Below are positions 18,439 to 27,219 of a DNA stretch of 38,216 nucleotides, in pieces. The DNA comes from a virus (Duplodnaviria > Caudoviricetes). Within the stretch, counting starts at the first letter, position 1, and each line of letters begins with the position of its first letter. The notes under the pieces were generated by a model. The model was not told the origin of the DNA, did not search any database, and saw only the letters and a program-made list of their open reading frames with translations. Location: the IMG/VR virus record IMGVR_UViG_3300034150_000093, positions 1-38,216 of that record. One strand, written 5' to 3'. A program made the translations under genes and the position numbers.

Positions 18439-20498
18439 CACTTGCCCCTCTCGTCGAGCTTCTGTACTGCCTTGTTGAATTTTCGTGCGCGACCCTTCGC
18501 CAACAAACCTGACAGCAGCACATCCAGGTCGTTGACCATCCGGGTCATGTCTTCTTCTGCGGCGTTCAAGTTCTCGTTCGCGACCGCACCGTCAGCTAGA
18601 ACAACACCAGCGGCGGTGATCGAGTTTACCTCGCCAGTTTCCAACGATGCCAGGATCGGGAACCCTGGAACGTTCACGGCCAAAGCGGCAACCAGTTCCA
18701 GGCTTCCGTTGATCAAACGCCAATCCCCGGAAATGGGCGACCGGCGCAGTTCGGCGGCCTGAGCATCCGACAAGTCGGACACCAGAGCGCCAGCTGCCCA
18801 AATGCCGAACCTGTTCTCGCCGACGTTGACGACAGCGGACACGGTGCCGGTGTTGTCGTAGTGGTCCACGGCAGGCTGGTAACGCATCCGTGGACCGGCA
18901 TGACCGGTGCCCTGCGTGATCTTACCGACTTTGATCATGGAACCGTCGGCGGTCAAAACCTGACCATTTTTGAAATACTTATAGTCGGCCATCGTTCGGG
19001 GTGCCATCACACATTCGTTGCCGATACCGGCATGACACACACCGAAAGCGGCGATCAAACCTGCCACCCGACCATCCGGAAACACCGTGAACGGCATCCT
19101 GGCGTTCATCGTAGGCTCAGCGAACCAGGAAGCCGGAGGTGCGACGGGAGCGACTGAAGCTTCCACGGAGTCGTCTCCGTGCATCCTCGACTGGATGCGC
19201 TTCACAACCCCGGCAACCCGGTCCATGTCGGCATCAGGAATGTCGACACCGCCACGGGCACCACCAAGCACAGCGGCAACAGCGTTGACGGCGTGTGGAA
19301 CAATCGTCAACTCACCGTCGATGATGTCAGCGATCGGCAGCTTGTAGGAACCTTTCAACTCCGGCTGTGATGCGTCGAACCACAGGAAAGCTTTCCTGAA
19401 CTTGCCGAAATCGCCGTCTGCCCACGCGAACACCCGCGACTTCGCCGAACCGGAATCCCAGCTCCGATCATCGACGGCGATCGGCATCGAAGACCAGCCG
19501 GAAGAATTCACCGATGCCGTGACCACATCGAAAAAGTCCATGGACCATTCACCTTCCCCAACCGCCGAAGCGGTCACATCATCTCTATCATTTCCGCCAC
19601 GCAACCAAGGCGGAGTTGTGCGAGGGTCCCCGTACGCTTCCCGCAGAACATCATAAATGTCGGTGACGACACCTTTCAACACCAGCTTCTCTTCATCTCC
19701 GACAACACCAGCCAAACCTCCGTGCGCACCGGAAAGGATGGCGGCGGCAGAGAACACGGCATGCGGAATCATGGCCAGTTTTCCGTTGACCACATCAGCG
19801 ATCGGAAGACGGTACGAGTCAACGTTGTTCGCGGGACCTTTCGAGTTTCGCCACAGAAACGCCGAATTGAACTTGTCGACGGAAGGGCCAGCCCATTCTT
19901 TGATCCGCTCCACAGCGGCATCGGCGTTGAATTCGGTTTCCCGACCGGCGACCGGCATCTTCTTCCACGATGAAGAGTTCACCGACGCAGTTACCGTTGC
20001 CAAATTGGTTTCCCCAATGAAGGGGAAATCCATGTGGGCGTCGCCGAAATCTAGACGGACTCGGTCGAATATGACAGGTCCCATCCGATCCGTCAGACCT
20101 GCCATCGTCGACAGGTCGTCGGTATAGGCGACGGTCAGATGTGCCACCCAAGGTCTGTGTTGCGGAAAAATCTTCCCAAAACGATCATCGGCGATTCGGT
20201 GAATCCGGTCAACGCCCGCACCGGAAACTCCGAGAACGACGCAAGGATTCTCACTGTCGGGGTTGAAGAAGTTGACAGAGAAAACACTGCCGTCGACAGG
20301 GGAGAATTCGGAAACCAGTTGCCTGATCGACTCCGCGAAATGCTGCACCTGCGACGGCTCGTACATGTCGGCGTCGCCCAGAAACAGGAGGGTGACGTGA
20401 AGTTCGTCAGCTGGCAAACCTGATTCGACAGCTAGACGCTGAGCGTCTTCGACACGTGGAACCAGTGCGATCATCGCCCCAGTCTGTTCATCGGACAC
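18438..20498 (-). CDS. Fusion: 2H phosphoesterase + two repeated domains + capsid maturation protease
   Basis: HVTL and HLTV 2H motifs in the first ~160 aa; duplicated AFLW...SY.LPIAD...G.L...PHAV...A..L.GA.GG domain; C-terminal CH...HYDNT...SGDWR...LELVAALAVNVPGFP protease region. Confidence 0.8.
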   Translation of the reverse strand: MSDEQTGAMIALVPRVEDAQRLAVESGLPADELHVTLLFLGDADMYEPSQVQHFAESIRQLVSEFSPVDGSVFSVNFFNPDSENPCVVLGVSGAGVDRIHRIADDRFGKIFPQHRPWVAHLTVAYTDDLSTMAGLTDRMGPVIFDRVRLDFGDAHMDFPFIGETNLATVTASVNSSSWKKMPVAGRETEFNADAAVERIKEWAGPSVDKFNSAFLWRNSKGPANNVDSYRLPIADVVNGKLAMIPHAVFSAAAILSGAHGGLAGVVGDEEKLVLKGVVTDIYDVLREAYGDPRTTPPWLRGGNDRDDVTASAVGEGEWSMDFFDVVTASVNSSGWSSMPIAVDDRSWDSGSAKSRVFAWADGDFGKFRKAFLWFDASQPELKGSYKLPIADIIDGELTIVPHAVNAVAAVLGGARGGVDIPDADMDRVAGVVKRIQSRMHGDDSVEASVAPVAPPASWFAEPTMNARMPFTVFPDGRVAGLIAAFGVCHAGIGNECVMAPRTMADYKYFKNGQVLTADGSMIKVGKITQGTGHAGPRMRYQPAVDHYDNTGTVSAVVNVGENRFGIWAAGALVSDLSDAQAAELRRSPISGDWRLINGSLELVAALAVNVPGFPILASLETGEVNSITAAGVVLADGAVANENLNAAEEDMTRMVNDLDVLLSGLLAKGRARKFNKAVQKLDERGK

Positions 20499-21261
20499 GA
20501 CGTGCCTCCGTAAATTTGAGTCTGCACCGGCACGCGATGATATCGGCCGGGAAACCGTTGGGTGCTGCCGGATATCTTAGGGAAGATTTTCCCACACGAA
20601 ACAAAGAATTGACAGGAATTGTGGTGCCGTCGACTTGTCGGTGAGTCGAACGAACACGACTGTCTTCACGGTCTGTCCACGTTTTCAACATCACCTTCCC
20701 GGTGGTCGCCTGGAAACGTTGAACAGCTGACAAACTTCCGGCTTCACCGAACCTTCTCGATTCGGTTTCGGCTATGACAACACTCCGATTCGGCCAATTG
20801 ACAGTGCCGGTGATGCTCAGAATGTTGTTCACACGCGCAGAAATCTGAGCATTCGACTCGCCCCGATCTGTAGCGTCCGCCAAAGCTTTGATGACCATCC
20901 GATAAATTTCGTCGTCGACTTGGACAAGCAGGTTACGGGTCCGAGCCAACTGTTCGACCAGGATCGGGTCAGACGGGTTGAAGGGAATCCTCATACCCAA
21001 CTGGGTAGCTGTTTCTTCCCATCCTCGCCGTGCGGCACGCATCAAGTCGGGAAGAATGAGGTCGACTTCTTTCGCCCACTCCTGATCCAACGCTGACAGC
21101 ATTGTCAAAGACGGCTTCGGTGTGCCGAGAATGGCCGCCCTCGCTTTATCCAGCCACCTGGTCAAAGCCGCCAGAATCAGCGGTGCGGTAGCGGCGATAA
21201 TCGCGGCTATCGCACCTTCCGACAGTCCGGTAGCCGAAGTTTCGCCTTCTGGTTGTGTCAC
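20488..21261 (-). CDS. MuF-like minor head protein
   Basis: K.W....D.RVR.TH...DG...P....F and CRCR motifs; GTG overlaps the portal stop. Confidence 0.85.
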   Translation of the reverse strand: MTQPEGETSATGLSEGAIAAIIAATAPLILAALTRWLDKARAAILGTPKPSLTMLSALDQEWAKEVDLILPDLMRAARRGWEETATQLGMRIPFNPSDPILVEQLARTRNLLVQVDDEIYRMVIKALADATDRGESNAQISARVNNILSITGTVNWPNRSVVIAETESRRFGEAGSLSAVQRFQATTGKVMLKTWTDREDSRVRSTHRQVDGTTIPVNSLFRVGKSSLRYPAAPNGFPADIIACRCRLKFTEARRVR

Positions 21262-24071
21262 CGGATTCCTCGCTCGTCCAGGAACGCCGCCAAAAGTCCG
21301 CGACTGTGGACCACTTCCCGAACCAGCAAGGAAGCGGTGTACGTCTGAAGATGCGGAACGATTCCGTCGACATCCACATCCAAACCTTCGAATGAGTCTT
21401 CGGCGGTCGCCCACGCCGACGCCAACAACACGTTCGCGTGATCATGATCGTTCACTTTGATCCGGGTGTGCAGAACGGTCGGCGACACATCTCGGAACAC
21501 CGTCTTGTACGGTGCGGTGCGCAGTTTTCGACCAGCGACCGCCAAAGCCGCCAAAACGAGTGCGTTGGCGGCGGACACGACAGCAGACGGCTGCTCGGTC
21601 ATTGACGCGATCAGCTTAGAAGGCTGTGTCGGTGGTTCACCGATGGTCTTCTTCAATACCGTCCGGTCGGGAACCGGCGGTGGTGCGGCTCCAGGCTTAT
21701 CGAGGTCGCCAGGAAGGTCGGCTACCGCTGGAAGGAAGTTTGGAATGTCCAGGCCCAAGAATTCGCGGACACCTTCGGACTGCAACAAAGTCGGGTCCCG
21801 TTCGACGACCGCCCACATGTGACGTCGGTCGATTTCGTCTTGGCCAGGTGCTGCGGCATCGTTGAAGTTTCCAGCACGACGAACTTCTTCAGCCGAAATC
21901 AGTTCAGGACTCGTCTGGTACATGTTCAACGTGTCGACGAGTTTGTTCGCCGAGTTCGTCAACGGTGCCAAGTCGAAACTGAACGTGAACTTTGTCGGGT
22001 CCCGTCCGATAAGTTTCAAAGCCCTGTACAGGTAGGCGGTATTCAGGGCACCGCACACTCGGTTGAAACCGGGTGCGATCGTTTTGGTGGTGAATTCTTC
22101 GGTGCCCCACCACGCCGAGTTTCCGGTGAAGTACACTTTGCCTTCGTGTCGAGCAAGCCAGGTACGGTTTTCGGTGCTCGGACACCAGATCAAACCGGTG
22201 TGGGTCGCCCACTCCTTCTCGCATCCTCGCGCGGAGAAAGTGGTACGCGCGGTAGACACTCGTAGCCAGTGAAGCAGTTCGGTTCCGTAGCCGGTCTGCT
22301 GGTTGCGGATTCCGCGCGTGACTTTGAGACCGGCAATGATCGCCGCCTGCTCCAAAGCATTGAGGCGTTCCGGGTGAAGCTGGTAGAACATGTATCCGAA
22401 TTTGACCCGCACCCCATCCCCGATTTCGATCATGGACTCCAGGAGGAGTTTGGCCTGACTGAACGTCAGATCGTTGACGAAATCCCTGCTGATCGCCTTA
22501 TGGTCCTCGGTGTGCGCCAGGATATCTTGGGACTTGTACGTTCCGAGAACGAAAGCGACACCAGTTACGGTGCGGGTCGGGTGCACGTATTCAGCGAAGC
22601 CTTCCCGCCCAAAAACGTTGGTGAGGATGCGTCGCAGCTCGACGATTTCCCGCTCGTCAAATTTGGCGATACGGATATACGAAGTTCCGGATTTGCGGCG
22701 CAGAACAGTTCCGTCGCTGGTGAATGCCGCGATCAGGCGAACGAAGTCATCACTGAACTTGGCCTGCTCGGGAACATTCACACAGGGTGCGGCAACCTGA
22801 ATTGAGTCCTGGTTTCCGAAACCTTCTCCGGAGGTTGTCCATCCACGCGCAATGCCCGCCGTGATGATGGGCCAACGGTGCCCGGTGGTAGACAGGGACG
22901 AATGTGAAGCGGACTTCATGGACAGCATCGGCTCGTCGACAACGTCGGCGCGGTAGATGTTGTCGACTGGCTGCCACTGAGATGCGCCGGTTTCGTGGTC
23001 AAGCGTCAAAACGATGTCGCCAACGTTTAGCTGGTCCTGGGTGATCCATCCGCGATCCCGAGTGAAGATTTCCGTCTTGTCCGTTTTACACCAATGATTC
23101 ATGCCTTGCATAGCCGTGGAAGACAGTTGACCTGCGGGGACGTTCAAACCCCTGGCCATGTCTTCGATGAGTTCCCGGCGGTAGTCCATGGCCTTGTCGG
23201 ACAGTGGGGTGTCGAACCGGATCGGCTGGTCTTTCATCGCCTTGATCGATTCGACGGGCGCTTCGAAGATGATCGGTGCGATCTGTGCCGCTGTTCCGTA
23301 ACCGGAAATATTCGACGTCATCGCTTCGAAAATCAGCTGGGCGACTCCTGGCGCACCGGCCGGGACTCCGTTGTCGGCATCACCGGCGAACTTCAAATCG
23401 TCCGGTAGAGGATACAAGCAGCCGTTGGCGATTCGTGAGTTCAGTTCGGCGGACATGAACATTCGCAGCTTCTGCAGCTGGTTGAGTGTGATCAGCAAGG
23501 ATCGGGTGGCACTGTCGGCGAGAAGTGGCCGTGCCGGGTGCGGAGTCCAAATTCTCATGATCACATCGGTGGCCGGATTCAGGGTTTCCCACACCCCGGC
23601 ACCGAAGTCGACCTTGACCTTCCCTGCCCACTTTCGGACATACTGCGGGGCGACACACGTCCATTCATCTCCGGTGAACGTTCCGGAGCGTCCGATCAGA
23701 TACGTTTCACCGGCAACAGTGAATGAGCAGCCGATAGAACGCAGGACGTCGGCGCGCATCATCGGGCCGCCGACAGCTTTCGACGCGATAGCCTGAACTT
23801 CAGGATCGTCGATCACTTCGCCTTGAACAGCCCCGTTGTCGTCTACGTGGTTGACTGTCAACCGGACCAGGGAGTACGCGGAACCGACGTAGTCTCCGGC
23901 ATAGGACAGTTCACCGTTCGAGTCGTAGAATTCCCAAGCTTCCCGCTGCCAAGTTTCGTCGGTGTACCGGTGCATAGGGAACTGAGCTTCCGCCACGGTG
24001 ATCCGGGTGGCGGAAGCCACAATTGCCGAAGGTGCGACAACTGCCACTTCGGTGTTCTTTTTGAAAGCCAT
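21258..24071 (-). CDS. Portal protein containing an intein
   Basis: WQREAW.FY...GEL, RIW.PHP motifs; NHW/SAW motif restored after splicing; mature length 613 aa. Confidence 0.85.
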   Translation of the reverse strand: MAFKKNTEVAVVAPSAIVASATRITVAEAQFPMHRYTDETWQREAWEFYDSNGELSYAGDYVGSAYSLVRLTVNHVDDNGAVQGEVIDDPEVQAIASKAVGGPMMRADVLRSIGCSFTVAGETYLIGRSGTFTGDEWTCVAPQYVRKWAGKVKVDFGAGVWETLNPATDVIMRIWTPHPARPLLADSATRSLLITLNQLQKLRMFMSAELNSRIANGCLYPLPDDLKFAGDADNGVPAGAPGVAQLIFEAMTSNISGYGTAAQIAPIIFEAPVESIKAMKDQPIRFDTPLSDKAMDYRRELIEDMARGLNVPAGQLSSTAMQGMNHWCKTDKTEIFTRDRGWITQDQLNVGDIVLTLDHETGASQWQPVDNIYRADVVDEPMLSMKSASHSSLSTTGHRWPIITAGIARGWTTSGEGFGNQDSIQVAAPCVNVPEQAKFSDDFVRLIAAFTSDGTVLRRKSGTSYIRIAKFDEREIVELRRILTNVFGREGFAEYVHPTRTVTGVAFVLGTYKSQDILAHTEDHKAISRDFVNDLTFSQAKLLLESMIEIGDGVRVKFGYMFYQLHPERLNALEQAAIIAGLKVTRGIRNQQTGYGTELLHWLRVSTARTTFSARGCEKEWATHTGLIWCPSTENRTWLARHEGKVYFTGNSAWWGTEEFTTKTIAPGFNRVCGALNTAYLYRALKLIGRDPTKFTFSFDLAPLTNSANKLVDTLNMYQTSPELISAEEVRRAGNFNDAAAPGQDEIDRRHMWAVVERDPTLLQSEGVREFLGLDIPNFLPAVADLPGDLDKPGAAPPPVPDRTVLKKTIGEPPTQPSKLIASMTEQPSAVVSAANALVLAALAVAGRKLRTAPYKTVFRDVSPTVLHTRIKVNDHDHANVLLASAWATAEDSFEGLDVDVDGIVPHLQTYTASLLVREVVHSRGLLAAFLDERGIR
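22119..23090 (-). mobile_element. Intein (324 aa) with an in-frame LAGLIDADG-type endonuclease
   Basis: Starts CKTDKTEIFTRDRGW; block B TTGH; LIAAFTSDG and ESMIEIGDG motifs; ends FTGN/S. Confidence 0.9.
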
Positions 24072-24073
24072 GA

Positions 24074-24394
24074 CTACTGCTCACCTCGGTGGATCAGGAT
24101 GAAAGAAAGGTATGCGACTCCGAAGCTGACAGGAATCCAGGCACCCAAGGCGTCTACAACGCCCCACGATGGGGAGCTGTGAGCGACGGCGAGAACGAAA
24201 GCAAGGGTAGGGATTGGGGCTATCCACACCGAGGTGCATCGGTCGCAGTCTGTGGCGCGGGTCCAGAATCCGTACTGTCCGGACCATTTTCGAAGTCGAA
24301 CCCGGAAAGGCGCGGTGATTTCGTCTGTGGTCACCAAACGCGTCAAGGATGCGACGGTGGCGACCAAGGCGATATAAGCGACCAGGAAGATCAT
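24074..24394 (-). CDS. DUF1360-like membrane protein
   Basis: RL.T.D.IT.PFR and C..C.SVW with hydrophobic helices; TAACCT-N6-ATG. Confidence 0.7.
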   Translation of the reverse strand: MIFLVAYIALVATVASLTRLVTTDEITAPFRVRLRKWSGQYGFWTRATDCDRCTSVWIAPIPTLAFVLAVAHSSPSWGVVDALGAWIPVSFGVAYLSFILIHRGEQ

Positions 24395-24443
24395 GGATGA
24401 AGGTTAGCAGTGAAATGGTCGCGCATGGTAGCGGATGTGTTCG

Positions 24444-26678
24444 TCATAATCCAGCCACCTGAATACGCTGCGGGGAAAAGAATCTGACGGAGCGACGCTC
24501 ACCGGCCATCAGGTGTCGGCAGGCATGCACAAGCGCATCCAAGCGGTCTGGCGACTCTTTCGAAGATGTCGGGTCCCAAGCCACCATCTCATCTTCGAGC
24601 AACTCGAACCGACTCAAATGGTGAACGCGACGCTGCTCATAACGGAGAGCAACCGGTTCGGCTCGAAGCTTTTTACCGTGGTTTGAGTGGACCGTTTTGA
24701 TGGGCGGCGTCGTATGCTTCGGGAAGAACCCTTCCTCGATCATCTCCTTGTAGGTGTCGGTGAGAACCTTGACCAGCCACTGCTTTCCAAGGTTATCTTC
24801 CACCACGAGGGTGTCGGCGTTGTATCTGGCGAAGACGGTCCATGCATGACGGGCTGCTTCACCTCCGGAAAGCCGAACAGATGCGTCCTCGTGGACATAC
24901 ATGTGATCGTCGGTTCCGCGCGAGACGACGACGACGCCCATGAGGTCGCCGTCCTCAGCCCCGGTCAGGCAGGGGTCGACGCCTACGACTCGGTGCGAAA
25001 TGGTATCAGGTGCGGACTCTCGGCGAGCTTCGTTGATCCACATCTGATTGAAGAGGGGGCCTTCCATGTCGTCGAGAAGTTCGCCATCGATTTCCTGGCG
25101 ACCGATGGAAGTTCCGTCGTATTCCCTTTTGATCTCGGCGATGAAGTCTGCGGACAGGTTGGCGGCATTGTCGTAGGTTGATCCTCGAATAATCGAGACG
25201 AAGCCGTCTGTACGCTTGGACCACTCTTTGAGCAGTTTGATGGGCTTCGGGGTGGTCGTGACGAATGCTCGCGGCCTGTCGCCTGGAATGGATGCGCGAA
25301 GGGCTGGATAGATACCTTCCTTCCAAACAATGTCCGGGTTATCCCATTTTACGGGCTCATCACAGTTGTGGATCAAGATGCCTCCGGTGCCAGCACAGAA
25401 TTCGCTAGCACCGGAGACGGTAAGGTCGAACACATCAGTTGGCTGGTCGACCTTCTCGACGCGCAGCGCGACGGTCGGCCTGATCGATACGCTGGGCTTC
25501 TCGACGGCAGTCCGGCCCACACCACTTGGCCCGCATTCCGATAGAGAAATAGGGTTCTCCGCACTGCGCGCAGACAACACGCTTCGGCTCTCGAACTTCC
25601 CAGAATTTGATGAGCTTCTGCCGAGACTTCTCGCCTCGGCGAGTGGATTCGAGCCATCCCGGAAGTCCTCGCTCTTGTCGAGTGCGTTCCGCATGATCGG
25701 CACTGCTGAGCAATTCGAAGTTTTCGAGTCGCTGATCCCAGGTTTTCCTATTGACGTGGTGGATCTCGTGGCCGTCCGGGATGGGTCCATTTTCAGCGAT
25801 CCACATGCATCGGTGCAGCAGTGATCCGTCTCGACAGTAGTGATATCCCTTCTTCTTGTTGTAGTACCACCGCTCGTTGTCCCACTCGTAGTAAGCAGGG
25901 GCTTCGCTGGGAATTGCGGACTCAGGCATGAGTACAGGATATCATGTGGCTTGATATCGGAAGCCTGGACCCACCCGTAGCTGGTGAGAATTAGGTGCTC
26001 TGCGGTAACTTCCAAACTTCCTGATTCCGTGACAAGGCGTACGACACCGACGTTAGTCCTCGTCAAGTTGGAGCGCGAGACAGTCGCCCACCCCTTTCGC
26101 GTGACCACTTCGTCTCCGACGACGACATCCTCCACGGGAACTTCCCCACGAAGAGTCTGAATCACCTGACCTCGCGCTACACACCAGACGTCGGCCAAGT
26201 TCAGCCCACGAGTGGCATCTGGGGACGCGCCGGTAAAGTGGATTTTTGCCCCGGTTTCCAGCATGACGATGCGGGGCTTCGGTGAACGGACGTATTCGTA
26301 GTCCACATCCAGGCGATACCCCCGACGTTCAAGGACGCGAAGGATACCTGAGGGGCCTTCGATACACGTGGTTCGAGTGTCGGACAGGTTGTATGCCAGA
26401 ACACACCTTTCCGTGGGGAAGCCTGAGCTGTCGTAAGGGTATTCAAGTGTGCGTTCAACGATCCATTCAGCGCCTGCTTTAGTTTTCCCGAAACCTCTTC
26501 CGGACATCATTAAATGTACAGTCCAGTCCCCTTTGGGCGGTACCTGCTCAGGTCGTTGAGTAAACCACCACTCGTCCCGCGCCATCTGAATGATCATCTC
26601 CGGGTCGAGAGACGCCAGGATCAGTTCCCTCTCCTCCGGGTCCATCAGCTTCATCTTCTCTTTCAGGCTCATCCCCAT
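24444..26678 (-). CDS. terL: Terminase large subunit containing an intein
   Basis: Walker A GRGFGKT; Walker B VWCDE restored by splicing; TTTP; GVDP and SPDRLDA nuclease motifs; mature length 471 aa. Confidence 0.92.
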   Translation of the reverse strand: MGMSLKEKMKLMDPEERELILASLDPEMIIQMARDEWWFTQRPEQVPPKGDWTVHLMMSGRGFGKTKAGAEWIVERTLEYPYDSSGFPTERCVLAYNLSDTRTTCIEGPSGILRVLERRGYRLDVDYEYVRSPKPRIVMLETGAKIHFTGASPDATRGLNLADVWCVARGQVIQTLRGEVPVEDVVVGDEVVTRKGWATVSRSNLTRTNVGVVRLVTESGSLEVTAEHLILTSYGWVQASDIKPHDILYSCLSPQFPAKPLLTTSGTTSGGTTTRRRDITTVETDHCCTDACGSLKMDPSRTATRSTTSIGKPGISDSKTSNCSAVPIMRNALDKSEDFRDGSNPLAEARSLGRSSSNSGKFESRSVLSARSAENPISLSECGPSGVGRTAVEKPSVSIRPTVALRVEKVDQPTDVFDLTVSGASEFCAGTGGILIHNCDEPVKWDNPDIVWKEGIYPALRASIPGDRPRAFVTTTPKPIKLLKEWSKRTDGFVSIIRGSTYDNAANLSADFIAEIKREYDGTSIGRQEIDGELLDDMEGPLFNQMWINEARRESAPDTISHRVVGVDPCLTGAEDGDLMGVVVVSRGTDDHMYVHEDASVRLSGGEAARHAWTVFARYNADTLVVEDNLGKQWLVKVLTDTYKEMIEEGFFPKHTTPPIKTVHSNHGKKLRAEPVALRYEQRRVHHLSRFELLEDEMVAWDPTSSKESPDRLDALVHACRHLMAGERRSVRFFSPQRIQVAGL
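25365..26183 (-). mobile_element. Intein (273 aa) in the terminase Walker B motif
   Basis: Block A CVARGQVIQT, block B TAEH, block F VFDLTV, block G IHN/C. Confidence 0.92.
25435..25929 (-). CDS. HNH homing endonuclease in an alternative frame inside the intein
   Basis: LHR..W...NGPIP.G.EIHH.N....D.RLENF......H plus C-terminal CAQC...CGPDC; TATCCT-N6-ATG upstream. Confidence 0.85.
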   Translation of the reverse strand: MPESAIPSEAPAYYEWDNERWYYNKKKGYHYCRDGSLLHRCMWIAENGPIPDGHEIHHVNRKTWDQRLENFELLSSADHAERTRQERGLPGWLESTRRGEKSRQKLIKFWEVREPKRVVCAQCGEPYFSIGMRAKWCGPDCRREAQRIDQADRRAARREGRPAN

Positions 26679-26684
26679 TGATCA

Positions 26685-26690
26685 AGCATA
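26685..26690 (-). promoter_or_regulatory. -10 box TATGCT, 6 nt before the terminase ATG
   Basis: tcaacTATGCTtgatcaATG, sharing tcaacTATG.T with the tape measure promoter. Confidence 0.65.
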
Positions 26691-26717
26691 GTTGACTAAG
26701 TGTGCGAAAACCACCGC

Positions 26718-26747
26718 TTGCCATCACATGTGCGTAAGTGATAGTGT
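26718..26747 (+). promoter_or_regulatory. Sigma70-type promoter for the RNA cluster
   Basis: TTGCCA-N18-TAGTGT. Confidence 0.55.
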
Positions 26748-26801
26748 GTAACTCTAGGAAGAGGAGCTCCCAGCTAGGAGTAGCCTCCTCTCCCCGGTCA
26801 C

Positions 26802-26905
26802 GTGTGCGAGTTGTACCTCAGGTCGGTAGAGGACGGTAAGCCTAGTAGTAATGTCGTGAGACAGAGGACCCGCAGCCGGTGGTTCAAATCCATCCGCTCG
26901 TACAC
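26802..26905 (+). ncRNA. tRNA-like RNA with an expanded, non-canonical anticodon arm
   Basis: D arm CCTC-AGGTCGGTA-GAGG, T arm GGTGG-TTCAAAT-CCATC, long acceptor-like stem; no 7-nt anticodon loop. Confidence 0.65.
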
Positions 26906-26909
26906 GCAA

Positions 26910-26990
26910 GCCCCTGTGGCGGAATGGCAGACGCCGTTGATTCAAGATCAACTATCTTCGGATGTGCGAGTTCGAATCTCGCCAGGGGTA
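26910..26990 (+). tRNA. tRNA-Leu(CAA)
   Basis: Acceptor GCCCCTG/CAGGGGT-A, D loop GGAATGGCAGAC, anticodon arm GTTGA-TTCAAGA-TCAAC, long variable arm, GTTCGAATC; CCA not encoded. Confidence 0.92.
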
Positions 26991-27012
26991 CGAAAAGGAG
27001 AAATGGAAACGA

Positions 27013-27219
27013 ATGCGTAGACTTCAAGTGCCGGGAACAGACTTGATCGTCGTCGATGAAGGCAGTGAGTGGTGGATTTACCGAAACCAAGACGGCAAGG
27101 TGATTCTTTTCGACAGCGGCGTCGCCCGCACCCGTTTCGGAATGAAGTTCGCTGTTCTTCGCCGAATCGCCCCGCTCATGTTCAAAGACGAACACCAGAC
27201 CCATGCCACGACTTCTTGA
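27013..27219 (+). CDS. Hypothetical protein
   Basis: ATG 27013 after the tRNA; overlaps the methyltransferase start. Confidence 0.5.
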   Translation: MRRLQVPGTDLIVVDEGSEWWIYRNQDGKVILFDSGVARTRFGMKFAVLRRIAPLMFKDEHQTHATTS

